Shown here: positions 1 through 10,967 of the stretch, one piece after another | Layout of the letters: the number at the start of each line of letters is the position of its first letter | How positions within the stretch are numbered: position 1 is the first letter of the stretch | Assembly: GCA_002347855.1 (NCBI GenBank) | Contig: DDYE01000017.1 | Span: 271,685-335,684, forward strand | Direction: 5' to 3' | DNA: 64,000 nt | Source of the DNA: Fidelibacterota bacterium UBA2242 | Lineage (GTDB): Bacteria; Fidelibacterota; UBA2242 | The notes under the pieces: model-generated | What the model was told of the DNA's origin: nothing | The model's database searches: none | The model's input: the letters and a program-made list of their open reading frames with translations, nothing else | Translations under genes and position numbers: made by a program

Positions 1-1
1 G

Positions 2-247
2 TTAGTCGGGGCAACTAACAATTTTGTCCGCGCTCCTTTTCTAATTGAAGGCACATTAGAAGGATTATGTGCGGCAGTAGTTGCGGTTATTTTCATTGCG
101 CTCAGTTTTTATTTTATCAATAATTACTTACAAGCATTCATTTCCTATCGAGCACTGGCGAGTTATCGTTTTTATATAGGATTGTTAGTTTTGGGCAGTC
201 TGATGGGGCTGGTAGGAAGTCTGCGGGCAATCCGCAAGTTCTTATAG
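2..247 (+). CDS. ftsX: FtsX-like permease, C-terminal fragment (5' end outside window)
   Basis: Frame 2 is open from the window edge to TAG 245-247. The translation ...GATNNFVRAPFLIEGTLEGLCAAVVAVIFIALSFYF...LVLGSLMGLVGSLRAIRKFL shows the conserved FtsX loop (FxRxPFxxEG) and two C-terminal TM helices. It is absent from the ORF track because it has no start codon. Confidence 0.7.
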   Translation, partial: LVGATNNFVRAPFLIEGTLEGLCAAVVAVIFIALSFYFINNYLQAFISYRALASYRFYIGLLVLGSLMGLVGSLRAIRKFL

Positions 248-716
248 AGCGATACGCGCCTAATTGAATTCCAGAGGTTTTCCATCAATTCAGAAGTCAT
301 TTTCCTCTGAATAAGCACCGCAGGAAAAGTAAATTCTATTGCTTATATGTAATTATTTATTGCCCCCTGTCTCTACACTCCTGCGTCAATATAGTCTGTC
401 CACCTCTAACCAAGAATGAACGCGAATGAACAAAGTGATAAGGGATGAGTGACAAGTGACAGGGCTAAAGTTATGTTAGCGGCTTATGGCATCCTTCTGC
501 GTGAATCGTGATGATGAGTTTATTATTCTTCGCAATGCCATACCTATTACTCATATCTGATACACCCAAATTTTCAATTTTCAACCTACAATCTACAATT
601 TTCAAAATAAGAAACACTGAAACGGTCCTTGAATTCCATCAGGGCGGGACACGGCGTCTCACAAAGGAATCACGGATAACGCGGAATTAATCTTTAACCA
701 TCAATGACTATTGAGT

Positions 717-742
717 AATCCGTCAATTAGCGGATTTTTTTT
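717..742 (+). terminator. Candidate intrinsic terminator (short hairpin plus U-tract) inside a non-coding region
   Basis: AATCCG (717-722) pairs with CGGATT (731-736) across an 8-nt loop, and the T-run extends to 742. The stem is only 6 bp and no gene lies upstream within about 470 nt. Confidence 0.4.
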
Positions 743-784
743 CTTCTGAAATATTGGGGAAAAATCCTGGTCATTTTTGGAAAG

Positions 785-800
785 TTTCAAGACATGGTAT
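785..800. repeat. Left inverted repeat of the IS remnant
   Basis: TTTCAAGACATGGTAT at 785-800 is the exact reverse complement of 1587-1602. Confidence 0.8.
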
Positions 801-937
801 TCAGTTGGCAAGGATAAATTGGCTTAACGATCATCTTTTTGAGGAGTTAAAGGTTTTGATAATGAGAGTTAGGGAAGTTTAGGGGATTTGAAGTCAGGCG
901 GGATTTCTCGCGTATTTTAGATTGACTAAAATGCTGA

Positions 938-1602
938 TTGACGAAAAAAAGGAGAAAGCCCATGATTGAACTTCAGTATTATGCAGCCTATCGTCAAATG
1001 AAAAGATTTTACGATGTGCGCTATAAGATGGTAAGGTATGCCTTAGAGAATAATATAAGCCAGGCCGCCTGGCGCTTTGGGACGACGCGCCCGACTGTTC
1101 GGAAGTGGTTAACCCGCTATTTAGCCGCAGGTGAATCTGCTCTTTTAGATGAGAGTCGGCGTCCGCAGCATAGTCCCCGCAAGATTGCTGATGCTTTAGA
1201 GAAGAGGATTGTGACTTTACGAAGTCCTCAAGAAGGGCCTAATCATTCTAATTTGCGCGTAGCGCTTGTGAAGGGGCCATTATCTCTGAAGGAGGAGTAC
1301 AATTTGCCTTGCCGTGCCGCTACCATCTATCGGGTGCTCAGGCAGGATACATGATTAAAAACGAATTTTATGATATTGAAGATTATCAAAACCTCTGGGA
1401 CTTTTTGAACAAAGCCTTTACCTATAGTGTTTATTGCAACTACCAGCGTAACTTCCGCTACAAAAGAGGACGCATTCCCATTGAGATTATGAAGGAGTAT
1501 GGCTCACCGAAAATTAATCCAGATTTGCTAGGAATATTTCCACCTTTGATCTGTGATTACCCTCTCAATGTGATTACTAAGGGTGGATACCATGTCTTGA
1601 AA
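938..1602 (+). pseudogene. IS481-type transposase pseudogene (HTH N-terminus, frame shift, DDE core deleted)
   Basis: ORF 938-1354 encodes ...RFGTTRPTVRKWLTRYLAAGESALLDESRRPQHSPRKI...IYRVLRQ, the IS481 HTH and RRPxxSPR motif. The +1 frame continues IKNEFYDIEDYQNLWDFLNKAFTYSVYCNYQRNFRYKRGRIPIEIM, a typical transposase C-terminal tail. About 200 aa of catalytic core are missing between the two parts. Confidence 0.7.
1587..1602. repeat. Right inverted repeat of the IS remnant
   Basis: ATACCATGTCTTGAAA at 1587-1602 is the reverse complement of 785-800. Confidence 0.8.
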
Positions 1603-1686
1603 TCAGACACTCAGGAGGATATTTATGCTTGTATAAAGGACTTAAACGAAGTAAATTTATTTGCTTTAAGTTATTTGTTGTTTATT

Positions 1687-3012
1687 ATGTTTGAGCAATT
1701 ACAGACTGGATTTGAGAAAATAGTTCGCACCTTGCGGGGTGAAGGTAAGATTACAGAAGAAAATATTGCCGATACTCTGCGTCAGGTGCGGCGCATATTG
1801 CTCGAAGCAGATGTCAATTACAAAGTTGTCAAGAAATTCATTCAAGGCATACAGGAAAAAGCAGTTGGTGTTCCGGTGACAAAGAGTTTAACACCGGGAC
1901 AAATGGTCATTAAGATAATCCATGACCAGCTTACTTCTTTGCTTGGTCAGAATCAAGTTCAGTTAAAAGATGCCGCAATTCCACCGATGGTCATAATGCT
2001 CGTCGGATTGCAGGGTACGGGTAAGACCACGACTGCTGCCAAGTTAGGTTATTATTTACGTGCTCATCAGCGGAATCCTCTGTTGGTCCCTCTGGACTTA
2101 AAGCGTCCGGCGGCAGTGGAACAGTTACAGTATCTTGGAAAGCAGCATGATTTGTCAGTATTCGTGGAGGGCAAAGAGGTCGTTGAGCGAGCCAAAGCTG
2201 CTCTGAGTCATGCCCGACAAACGCATCGCGATGTAGTTATTCTGGATACGGCGGGACGTTTGCATCTTGATGAAGAGTTAATGGCTGAATTAGTCACACT
2301 CAAAAATGAGATTAAGCCCCATAATATTATCTTGGTCGTTGATGGTATGACTGGTCAGGATGCGGTCAATACGGCGATAAGCTTCGATCAACGCCTGGAT
2401 TTAGATGGTATGATCTTGACGAAAATGGATAGTGATTCTCGCGGTGGAGCAGCTTTATCTATCGTTAAAGTCACTGGCAAGCCAATTCAATTCATCGGAA
2501 CTGGTGAGAAAATAGCCGATTTAGAAATTTTTCACCCTGACCGGATAGCCAGTCGGATTTTAGGACTTGCGGATATTGTTTCTTTGGTAGAAAAGGTACA
2601 GTCTAATGTATCACTTGAAGAAGCCCAAAAAGTGACCCAAAATTTATATGCGCGCCAGTTTACCTTAAATGATTTTCTAAGTCAGTTACAACAGGTGAAA
2701 AAATTGGGACCACTTGAGAATATATTGGCTAATCTCCCTGGTTTCTCAAGAGCTGGGAGCAGTAAATTGCAGGTTGATAATCGCGAATTGATTAAAGCCG
2801 AAGCCATCATTCAATCTATGACCATTGCCGAACGGAATAATCCGATGATTATAAATGGCAGTAGAAGACGGCGAATTGCGTTAGGAAGTGGGACGACTCC
2901 TGCGGATGTCAATCGGTTATTGAATCAGTACTGGCAAGTTGTCAAAATGTCAAAACAATTGAGAAAGATGAAAATTCCCCGGGATTTTTCCGCACTGGGT
3001 TTAAATAAATAA
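1687..3012 (+). CDS. ffh: Signal recognition particle protein Ffh
   Basis: MFEQLQTGFEKIVRTLRG... N domain; GLQGTGKTTTAAKL P-loop; DTAGRL; TKMDSDSRGGAALS; Met-rich M domain. The start is taken at the internal ATG 1687 because the 1309-1686 part of the tracked ORF is IS-derived run-on. Confidence 0.93.
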   Translation: MFEQLQTGFEKIVRTLRGEGKITEENIADTLRQVRRILLEADVNYKVVKKFIQGIQEKAVGVPVTKSLTPGQMVIKIIHDQLTSLLGQNQVQLKDAAIPPMVIMLVGLQGTGKTTTAAKLGYYLRAHQRNPLLVPLDLKRPAAVEQLQYLGKQHDLSVFVEGKEVVERAKAALSHARQTHRDVVILDTAGRLHLDEELMAELVTLKNEIKPHNIILVVDGMTGQDAVNTAISFDQRLDLDGMILTKMDSDSRGGAALSIVKVTGKPIQFIGTGEKIADLEIFHPDRIASRILGLADIVSLVEKVQSNVSLEEAQKVTQNLYARQFTLNDFLSQLQQVKKLGPLENILANLPGFSRAGSSKLQVDNRELIKAEAIIQSMTIAERNNPMIINGSRRRRIALGSGTTPADVNRLLNQYWQVVKMSKQLRKMKIPRDFSALGLNK

Positions 3013-3030
3013 ATGTAAAGGAGGAAATGC

Positions 3031-3504
3031 GTGGCAGTAAAAATCAGATTATTGCGAATCGGACGGAAAAAACGACCATTTTATCGCGTGGTAGCAATTG
3101 ATTCTAGGACTCGCCGTGATGGTCGCTATCTGGAGAAACTGGGTTATTATGACCCGTTGACCAAACCAGCGACCGTGAAGCTTGAAAAGGAGAAAATTTT
3201 AGCTTGGTTAGAGAAGGGAGCTATCCCCTCTGAAACCGTTTTTAACCTTTTGCAGAAAGAGGGAATTGCCCTCGAATGGCATTTAATAAAAAATAAATTT
3301 GATGCTCAGGCGGCAAATATAGAACTGCAGAAATGGGCGATGTTGAGGAAAATGCCAGTTACCAAATTAGAAAATACGCTGCTTGAACCTGAAAAAGAGG
3401 TTGTTCTGGAAGAAGAGACTGAAGCACCCGCTGAAGAAGTTAAACCTTCCGGAGAAGAAAAACCTGTTGAGGAATCTCCTGGGGAATCGACAGAGACCAA
3501 TTAA
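3031..3504 (+). CDS. rpsP: 30S ribosomal protein S16 with acidic C-terminal extension
   Basis: GTG start after an [52 protein letters not shown] is the canonical S16 core. The last ~40 aa are rich in E, P and S. Confidence 0.93.
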   Translation: MAVKIRLLRIGRKKRPFYRVVAIDSRTRRDGRYLEKLGYYDPLTKPATVKLEKEKILAWLEKGAIPSETVFNLLQKEGIALEWHLIKNKFDAQAANIELQKWAMLRKMPVTKLENTLLEPEKEVVLEEETEAPAEEVKPSGEEKPVEESPGESTETN

Positions 3505-3602
3505 ATACGTTATTTTTTGAAAAATTAGATTCTTTCTTAAATTTTAACTGCTTGGTTTTTTGAAAAAGGTATTAATCTGCAACCAGAAAGAGGAGAACAC
3601 CT

Positions 3603-3836
3603 ATGAAAGAGTTCGTCGAATTCATCGTTAAGAGATTAGTTGATCATCCTGATGAAGTAAAGGTATCCCAAATTGACAGTGAAAAGACTGTAATTTTGGA
3701 ACTGCAGGTAAAAGAAGGCGATTTAGGTAAGGTCATTGGCAAGAAGGGACGCACTGCCAAAGCCATTCGAACGCTCTTAACAGCCGCAGCCGCCAAGCAA
3801 GGACAGAAACGCGCCATTTTAGAGATTATTGAATAA
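3603..3836 (+). CDS. KH-domain RNA-binding protein (YlqC/UPF0109 family)
   Basis: [18 protein letters not shown] is the GxxG KH motif. The gene holds the conserved position between rpsP and rimM. Confidence 0.85.
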   Translation: MKEFVEFIVKRLVDHPDEVKVSQIDSEKTVILELQVKEGDLGKVIGKKGRTAKAIRTLLTAAAAKQGQKRAILEIIE

Positions 3837-3844
3837 CTTTGAGG

Positions 3845-4351
3845 ATGACGAAGGTAGCACTTACCCTAATTGGGTCTATCCTCAAGGCGCGTGGTTTAAA
3901 AGGGGAGGTGCTACTGAAAGTTCATTCACAAAGTGTTGAAATTAACCAGAATCTCAAGGTGGTTTGGTTGGGTGAGGATGACGACCACCTTTATCCGTGG
4001 GAAGTAGAATACTTACGGATAAGAGAAAAATCTGCTTTTTTGAAATTGCGAGCTATTAATTCCCGGAGTGAAGCGGAGTATCTAAAAAATCTTTCTGTTT
4101 ACGTACCAGTCGATGATTTGAAAGAACCGGAATATTCAACGCTAATCGGTTTTCGTGTAAAAGCTCATGATTGGTCAGAAATTATCGGCGAAATTACAGC
4201 CTTTGATGATACAGGCAAGCAGGCTCAATTTACCGTACAAGTTGGACAAAAAAACCTGCTTTACCCGGCTGTAACCGAGCTTATTGGTGCAATTGACTGG
4301 GATAATCGGACGGTATGCTTGAATATGATTGAGGATTTGATAAATCTATGA
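3845..4351 (+). CDS. rimM: 16S rRNA processing protein RimM
   Basis: Contains the KARGLKGEV motif and lies between the KH gene and trmD. The ATG at 3845 is preferred over the TTG at 3839. Confidence 0.85.
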   Translation: MTKVALTLIGSILKARGLKGEVLLKVHSQSVEINQNLKVVWLGEDDDHLYPWEVEYLRIREKSAFLKLRAINSRSEAEYLKNLSVYVPVDDLKEPEYSTLIGFRVKAHDWSEIIGEITAFDDTGKQAQFTVQVGQKNLLYPAVTELIGAIDWDNRTVCLNMIEDLINL

Positions 4352-5070
4352 AAATATTTATTGTGACCGCCTTCCCGGGAATGATTCAAGCCTGTTTGAG
4401 TGTCAGTATGTTCCAGAAGGCAATGGAAAAAGGTTGTGTCGAATATTATGTCTGGAATTTGCGGGATTTTACCCGTGATAAACATAAGCAGATTGACGAC
4501 AAACCTTTTGGTGGCGGAGCCGGAATGGTGTTGAAGCCGGAACCATTTTTCCGAGCGTTCGACAAAATTAAAAAACTCACGAATAAGAAAAGTTTAAGGG
4601 TCATTTTTCCAACACCACAGGGCAAAATTTTTAATCACCAGTTAGCTACTGAATTAGCCACCGAACCAGAACTGGTTATTTTCTGCGGACATTATAAAGG
4701 AGTCGATGAGCGGGTAATAGAAAGTCTGGTGACCGACGAAATTAGTATTGGCGACTATGTCTTAACAGGCGGGGAATTACCAGCTTTGGTGATAATTGAT
4801 GCTGTAATTCGGCATATACCCCAGGTTCTCCACTCTTACGATTCAGCCGCCACCGATTCTTTTGCTGATTATTTACTGGAAGGACCAATCTACACTCATC
4901 CACGTCGTTACCGGCGCAAAGCGGTACCTGAAATTTTATTAAGTGGCAATCATGCCAAAATACAAATGTGGCGAGAAGAACAGCGCCTTAAACGCACCCG
5001 AGAACGCCGCATGGATTTGCTAAACCTAAGATCTAAAAAGGAAAAGGAAATTGGAGGAAAAAATGGATAA
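4348..5070 (+). CDS. trmD: tRNA (guanine37-N1)-methyltransferase TrmD
   Basis: [17 protein letters not shown] and [11 protein letters not shown] motifs. Its start overlaps the rimM stop by 4 nt. Confidence 0.93.
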   Translation: MKIFIVTAFPGMIQACLSVSMFQKAMEKGCVEYYVWNLRDFTRDKHKQIDDKPFGGGAGMVLKPEPFFRAFDKIKKLTNKKSLRVIFPTPQGKIFNHQLATELATEPELVIFCGHYKGVDERVIESLVTDEISIGDYVLTGGELPALVIIDAVIRHIPQVLHSYDSAATDSFADYLLEGPIYTHPRRYRRKAVPEILLSGNHAKIQMWREEQRLKRTRERRMDLLNLRSKKEKEIGGKNG

Positions 5071-5413
5071 ATTAACTGCAGCAGTAGCTGACCAATTAAA
5101 GACTGATATTCCTAACTTTAAACCTGGTGATACCGTAGCGGTTGAAGTCAAGACTATCGAAGGAGATAAAGAACGTATTCAGACTTTCAAGGGCGTAGTC
5201 ATAGCTCGAAGCGGGTCGAATGTCAGTGAGACTTTTACTGTGCGAAAAATTTCGAACGGTATTGGAGTAGAAAGAATTTTTCCCCTTCATTCGCCAAAGA
5301 TTACAAAGATCGAGCGCATATCCACCGGTAGGGTGCGGCGCGCCAAATTGTACTATCTACGCAATTTAAAAGGCAAAGCAGCCAAGATTAAAGAAGAAGA
5401 TCAGAAAATATAA
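5063..5413 (+). CDS. rplS: 50S ribosomal protein L19
   Basis: MDKL...[33 protein letters not shown]...[19 protein letters not shown] precedes the ATG at 5063. The tracked start at 5051 adds 4 aa. Confidence 0.92.
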   Translation: MDKLTAAVADQLKTDIPNFKPGDTVAVEVKTIEGDKERIQTFKGVVIARSGSNVSETFTVRKISNGIGVERIFPLHSPKITKIERISTGRVRRAKLYYLRNLKGKAAKIKEEDQKI

Positions 5414-5426
5414 GGTTAACATTTCT

Positions 5427-6227
5427 TTAAAAATTATTGTTAGCGATAAAATCTATCCCAACGATAATTAGGAAAATACCATAAAGTCGCCTCACAGTTT
5501 TAGTCGGTAACTTTAAGGTTAAGAGGGCGCCATTAAAAGCTCCCAAAAATAAGCCAAATCCAATAAAAATAGCCGCGCGCAAGTCTAATAACCCAGCGTT
5601 ATAATAGACCGCAACACCCGGTAAACCAACTGGAAATAAGAGAGCAAGAAGAGAAGTACCGATTGCTAATTTATAAGGGAACCGGAAAAGAGTAGTCAAT
5701 AAAGGTACAATTACAATACCACCGCCAATTCCAAAAAAGCCAGCAAAAATTCCAGCCAAGATACCCACTATAAGCGCAGTAGCGACGGGATTTTTAGGAT
5801 AAGTGGGGCTATCATTTTCATTTGCCGGTGAGAAATTCGGTGTCTGTTTTTTCTTTAGAATCTTAGAGAATTCCAAAAAGTTATTGCTTATAATGAGTAG
5901 AAAAAGTCCGTAGATTTTTTTCAGGAGGTCGCTGGGAATCTGAACAGCTGAAAGTGAACCAATCAATACCCCCCCAACAATACCCGCCGCTATAATAAGA
6001 GCAGTCTTAACTTGAACTAAATTTTCGCGATAATATTTTATCACTGCAAGAATGCCGACAGGCAGTAAGAGAGCAGCCAGTGAGGTCCCATTTGCCATAG
6101 CAGGAGGGAAATGATAGAAAAGAATTAGAGCCGGAACGATGACAATACCGCCACCAATTCCAAACATACCTGACATGATGCCAGCAATAGTACCTAAAAA
6201 TAAATAGGAAAGAAAATTTGTAATCAT
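5427..6227 (-). CDS. TauE/SafE family (sulfite-exporter-like) membrane transporter
   Basis: Two internal repeats of G-rich TM helices (GMFGIGGGIVIVPALI and GFFGIGGGIVIVPLL) are typical of TauE/YfcA. Confidence 0.8.
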   Translation of the reverse strand: MITNFLSYLFLGTIAGIMSGMFGIGGGIVIVPALILFYHFPPAMANGTSLAALLLPVGILAVIKYYRENLVQVKTALIIAAGIVGGVLIGSLSAVQIPSDLLKKIYGLFLLIISNNFLEFSKILKKKQTPNFSPANENDSPTYPKNPVATALIVGILAGIFAGFFGIGGGIVIVPLLTTLFRFPYKLAIGTSLLALLFPVGLPGVAVYYNAGLLDLRAAIFIGFGLFLGAFNGALLTLKLPTKTVRRLYGIFLIIVGIDFIANNNF

Positions 6228-6482
6228 AATTTCTTTAAGTAAGTTACGAAAGAAGTGGCGATGAAAAAAAGGTTGATAACGTTATGTTCACAGGAAAGGA
6301 ATTAATGGTTGCGGTTATATTAAAAATGCTTCTGCCTTTATGGCGCAAGGTAAAAGTGGCACATCATTTGTAAAACTAAAGGCGCTTTTTTGACAAGTTG
6401 TCCCGCCCAGGTGGGATTAGAAACAAAGTTAGGTTTGAATCGGGCAGTGAAAATAAAACATAAACAATGAAAGGAGAATTGT

Positions 6483-6767
6483 ATGAAGATTAAGCCTTTA
6501 GCAGATCGAGTAGTTGTGAAACCTTCTGAGGCTGAAGAGAAGACCGCAGGAGGAATCATTTTACCGGATACTGCCAAGGAAAAACCACAAGAGGGTACGG
6601 TAGTGGCTGTAGGTCCTGGCAAAGTCAGTGAGAATGGTGCCAAAATACCTATGGAGGTCAAAGTGGGTGACCGGGTATTGTATGGGAAATATTCGGGTAC
6701 CGAAGTCACGATTGATGGTGTTGAGCATCTGATTATGCGCGAAAGCGATATTTTAGCGATTTTATAA
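6483..6767 (+). CDS. groES: Co-chaperonin GroES
   Basis: [29 protein letters not shown]..., 94 aa, with a GGAG RBS. Confidence 0.95.
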   Translation: MKIKPLADRVVVKPSEAEEKTAGGIILPDTAKEKPQEGTVVAVGPGKVSENGAKIPMEVKVGDRVLYGKYSGTEVTIDGVEHLIMRESDILAIL

Positions 6768-6783
6768 AAATAAGGAGACATGA

Positions 6784-8466
<1,683 letters not shown>

Positions 8467-8480
8467 GAGAATGCTTTTCG

Positions 8481-8517
8481 AAAAAGCCCCTGAATTGATT
8501 TCAGGGGCTTTTTTTTA
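8481..8517 (+). terminator. Intrinsic terminator after groEL
   Basis: GCCCCTGAA (8486-8494) pairs with TTCAGGGGC (8500-8508) across a 5-nt loop. An A-run precedes it and a T-run (8509-8517) follows. Confidence 0.85.
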
Positions 8518-8597
8518 TAGATAAAAAGATTTTTTCTCCTTAACTTTAATCAATAATATTTGATATATGATAAAAATTCAACAATAGAGGAGGAATT

Positions 8598-8981
8598 ATG
8601 GCAGGATTGTGGGATAATATTAAAAAGAATGTGAGTGAATTTGCGACTAAGGCTGCCGAAAAAGCAGGCGAAATTACTCGTGAAGCTGCTGATAAAGCAG
8701 AAGAACTTACTAAACTCGGGAAGGTGAAATTGGACATTTTCCAAATCAAACGTGACATCGAGAAAAAATTTACTGAATTGGGTGGCACAGTCTATGATTT
8801 AGTGAATGGTACCGAAGAAACTGATATTGCCAACCATTCCAAAGTGCAAGCAATCGTGAAAGATGTCCAGAATCTCGAAGTCCAGCTAAAAGAAAAAGAA
8901 GCTCTATACGAGAAAATTCGCGCCACCTCTAAGGAAGGTGCCAAACCAGAAACACCACCGCCGGCGGAAACTGATAAATAA
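8598..8981 (+). CDS. Hypothetical coiled-coil protein
   Basis: Good GAGGAGG RBS. The 127-aa product is charged, predicted helical, and has a Pro-rich tail. No family was recognised. Confidence 0.6.
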   Translation: MAGLWDNIKKNVSEFATKAAEKAGEITREAADKAEELTKLGKVKLDIFQIKRDIEKKFTELGGTVYDLVNGTEETDIANHSKVQAIVKDVQNLEVQLKEKEALYEKIRATSKEGAKPETPPPAETDK

Positions 8982-9017
8982 ACAATTACCATTACTTCTC
9001 TTCTAAGGTTTACGCTT

Positions 9018-9884
9018 ATGTTAGAAGAAGGGCCATCAAAAAAAAATCTTCCCTTCTCTGCCAGTGGTATTTTAAAACGCTACCTTGAAGAAATTAGTCG
9101 CGAACAGCTGCTGACACCAGCTGAGGAAATCGAATTAGCCATTAGAGTAAAAAATGGTGATCCAGAAGCACTGGATAAATTTTTAAGAGCGAATCTCCGC
9201 TTCGTTGTTTCCGTAGCAAAAAAATATCAGAATCACGGGCTTTCTCTGGAAGACCTAATTAACGAAGGAAATATTGGATTAATTAAAGCTGCTAAACGCT
9301 ACGATGAAACGCGTGGTTTTAAATTTATTTCGTACGCCGTCTGGTGGATCAGGCAAACCATTTTGCAGGCTATTTCTGAATATGCTCGCCTCGTTCGCTT
9401 ACCGTTAAATGTGGTTGGTAATATCAACAAAATTTCAAAAGCAAAAGCTAATTTTGAGCGCGATTTTGAACGCGAGCCAACCGAAGAAGAAATTGAAGAA
9501 ATACTGTGGAATGAAAATATTGACCTGGATTTGACGCGGCAGCTTAGTGAAAAACCACTCAGTATTGATTCTCCTCTTACTCAGGACAATAGCTGCACTT
9601 TACAAGACGTTATTCCGGGGCAAGAGGAATTTGATCCAGTTTTTCATATCAACGAAGAATCGTTTCAACTGGAAATTCAGCAAGCGTTGAATACTTTAGA
9701 GAAAAGGGAAGCCGAAGTTTTACGGCGTTATTTTGGTATCGGACAAGAATCACCTGAGTCACTTGAGCAAATCGGTGCTGCTCTCAATTTGACTCGTGAA
9801 CGTGTACGGCAGATAAAAGAAAAAGCCTTGCGCAAACTGCGACATAGTTCTCGTACATTTTATTTACGAGGTTATCTTGGATAA
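9018..9884 (+). CDS. rpoD: Primary RNA polymerase sigma factor, short Bacteroidetes-type RpoD
   Basis: LRANLRFVVSVAKKYQNHGLSLEDLINEGNIGLIKAAKRYDETRGFKFISYAVWWIRQ covers region 2, and LTRERVRQIKEKALRKLR covers region 4.2. At 288 aa it lacks region 1.1. Confidence 0.88.
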   Translation: MLEEGPSKKNLPFSASGILKRYLEEISREQLLTPAEEIELAIRVKNGDPEALDKFLRANLRFVVSVAKKYQNHGLSLEDLINEGNIGLIKAAKRYDETRGFKFISYAVWWIRQTILQAISEYARLVRLPLNVVGNINKISKAKANFERDFEREPTEEEIEEILWNENIDLDLTRQLSEKPLSIDSPLTQDNSCTLQDVIPGQEEFDPVFHINEESFQLEIQQALNTLEKREAEVLRRYFGIGQESPESLEQIGAALNLTRERVRQIKEKALRKLRHSSRTFYLRGYLG

Positions 9885-9968
9885 AAAATTGTTGACAAAT
9901 TCGATTTCAGTACGTAAAATAGCATTGCAGATGGGTCAAGTGAGAAAAGGTAGAAGATTCGAAGATAG

Positions 9969-10889
9969 ATGAAGAGCGTACCTAAGGTTCTTTTTGTTTG
10001 GCATACATCCAAAGGAGTGCGTTCCTTTTCGTTTACCATCGGAAAAATAGCGGCTGTTACTACTGGTATCGTTCTGGGATTAGCCTTACTGGTTTTCCTC
10101 AGTGCCAATGTTTTATCTCATATGGTCTATCAAAACAAGATTCACAAATTGAAAAAGAATAATAGCCGGCTCATCAATACCTTTTACGACCTTTCTAATC
10201 GCCTCCAGCGAATGGAGTCTGAGGTCAGCCTGCTTGTCGAAAAAGATAAAGCCCTGCGCACTTATGTTGATTTACCGAGCATTGATACTGACATCCGCAA
10301 GCTCGGTATCGGTGGTAAAGTAGTTTCTGAAACCGAAGAACTTGATCAACTGCTGCCGGATGGCAATTTAAAAATATCCGATTTGGCAAATAATCTTGAC
10401 CGACTCGCTCGTGAAATGAAATTCGAAAGAATCAGCTACGAAACAATTTATGACGCTTTTAAGAATCGTACCGATCAGATACAATCCACCCCGTCTATTC
10501 GACCAATTTATACTGGTTTTATCAGTGATGGATATGGCTATCGCCGTGATCCTTTTACTGGGCGGCGAGAATTTCATTATGGTATTGACATTTCAGCACC
10601 AATGGGGACTCCGGTCTTTGCAAGCGCAGATGGTGTGGTTGGTTCAACTGGTTACAAGGGCACCTACGGGAATATGGTGGAGATTAATCACGGTTTTGGC
10701 TATTCAACTGTCTATGCCCATCTTTCACGGATTTATGTCAAACCCGGTGATGTCATTAAACGTGGGCAGCGGATTGGAGAGGTCGGTAGCACCGGACGGA
10801 GCACTGGTCCCCATCTCCATTATGAGGTTTTGCAATTCAATATCAATAAAAATCCTCTCGACTATTTCTTCACGGGATACATTCACTAA
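9969..10889 (+). CDS. M23 family metallopeptidase (membrane-anchored, coiled-coil N-terminus)
   Basis: HYGIDISAPMGTPVFASADGVV and GRSTGPHLHYEV motifs, with an N-terminal TM helix. Confidence 0.88.
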   Translation: MKSVPKVLFVWHTSKGVRSFSFTIGKIAAVTTGIVLGLALLVFLSANVLSHMVYQNKIHKLKKNNSRLINTFYDLSNRLQRMESEVSLLVEKDKALRTYVDLPSIDTDIRKLGIGGKVVSETEELDQLLPDGNLKISDLANNLDRLAREMKFERISYETIYDAFKNRTDQIQSTPSIRPIYTGFISDGYGYRRDPFTGRREFHYGIDISAPMGTPVFASADGVVGSTGYKGTYGNMVEINHGFGYSTVYAHLSRIYVKPGDVIKRGQRIGEVGSTGRSTGPHLHYEVLQFNINKNPLDYFFTGYIH

Positions 10890-10967
10890 TATCGTTAGTT
10901 AAAGATACACTCCCTTTCAGGTATAATCATAGGAAATTGATTTAATTCTCTTAAATTTTCGCGGTAT

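Larger units (their letters stand above)
785..1602 (+). mobile_element. Internally deleted IS481-family insertion sequence remnant (non-autonomous)
   Basis: Perfect 16-bp terminal inverted repeats bracket a transposase gene. That gene keeps the N-terminal HTH and the C-terminal tail but lacks the DDE core. No target-site duplication is evident. Confidence 0.7.

Noticed and set aside
508-690. 60-aa tracked ORF in the ftsX-IS gap
   Set aside because: It has no RBS, its sequence is low-complexity (MMMSLLFF...), and it lies among dense stops in all frames. It is treated as non-coding.
1309-1686. N-terminal 126 codons of the tracked 567-aa ffh ORF
   Set aside because: This part starts at a TTG and encodes the C-terminal tail of the IS481-like transposase, then crosses the right inverted repeat. 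Canonical Ffh begins at MFEQLQ (1687).
3513-3567. Two identical TTTTTTGAAAAA 12-mers, 43 bp apart, between rpsP and the KH gene
   Set aside because: These are homopolymer-rich, low-information sequences in an AT-rich spacer, and there is no supporting structure or context.
6357-6371. Sigma-54-like TGGCAC-N5-TTGT upstream of groES, and a search for a CIRCE element
   Set aside because: The -12 element is TTGT rather than TTGC, and no enhancer-binding protein context is present. No TTAGCACTC-N9-GAGTGCTAA inverted repeat exists in 6228-6482. No heat-shock regulatory site can be supported.
6338-6781. 147-aa ORF antisense to groES
   Set aside because: It fully overlaps the unmistakable groES gene on the opposite strand and shows no recognisable motifs, so it is a shadow ORF. 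The same applies to the antisense ORFs within groEL, polA, rpsA and the aminotransferase gene (for example 48568-49083).
9892-9920. E. coli-like promoter hexamers TTGACA-17-TAAAAT upstream of the M23 gene (a similar TTGCCC-16-TATAAT occurs at 31491-31518 before ugd)
   Set aside because: The primary sigma factor here is Bacteroidetes-type, and that type recognises a different consensus. The hexamer matches may be chance in AT-rich DNA, so they are not reported as features.
10450-10902. 150-aa alternative-frame ORF inside the M23 peptidase gene
   Set aside because: The M23 frame carries the catalytic HxxxD and HxH motifs. The alternative frame has no features.
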